Origin: Styela clava
Taxonomy: Eukaryota
NCBI RefSeq assembly: GCF_964204865.1
Contig: NC_135263.1
Location: forward strand, 16,864,001 to 16,928,000
DNA: 64,000 nt
Reading direction: 5' to 3'
The position numbers and the translations under genes are program-made. The notes under the pieces were generated by a model, which worked only from the letters and a program-made list of their open reading frames with translations, was not told the DNA's origin and did no database searches. This document shows, one piece after another, positions 63,861 to 64,000 of this stretch; position 1 is the stretch's first letter, and the number at the start of each line of letters is the position of its first letter.

Positions 63861-64000
63861 GTTTGTTTTGATATGTAATATGGTTAAGTAAAGAGCCGAC
63901 CCGATCACTGACAAAAAAGAGTCTCTCGACTTTAGATGTGTGAAATCAGGCTTTATCGCGTTGTTGAATTGTTGCATCAAATTTGTAGCGCTTTGGTCAG

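Overview
AT-rich eukaryotic genomic DNA with GT-AG introns. The gene content and repeats suggest an invertebrate chordate, most likely an ascidian (inference). I reconstructed seven protein-coding genes by hand: a two-exon neuregulin-like ErbB ligand (-), a 12-exon casein kinase II alpha (-), a three-exon FoxQ1 (+), a single-exon hyaluronidase-family (GH56) protein (+), a six-exon Rab10-like GTPase (-), a three-exon SLC49/FLVCR-family MFS transporter (-), and the 5' part of a collectin-like gene (+) that runs off the window end. Introns and intergenic DNA hold many non-autonomous DNA transposons, a tRNA-derived SINE family and decayed LINE and transposase relics. The main observations are four. 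(1) The hyaluronidase ORF is intact but its catalytic Glu is Arg and the adjacent loop is remodelled, making it a candidate glycosaminoglycan-binding pseudoenzyme. (2) The neuregulin carries the GGF2/NRG2-type N-terminal domain and has almost no introns. (3) CK2alpha has tandem splice donors flanking a stop codon, which could give long-tail and short-tail isoforms. (4) The Rab10-like gene is a divergent paralog. I found no clear-cut novel multi-gene system. All homology calls come from motif recognition without database searches.
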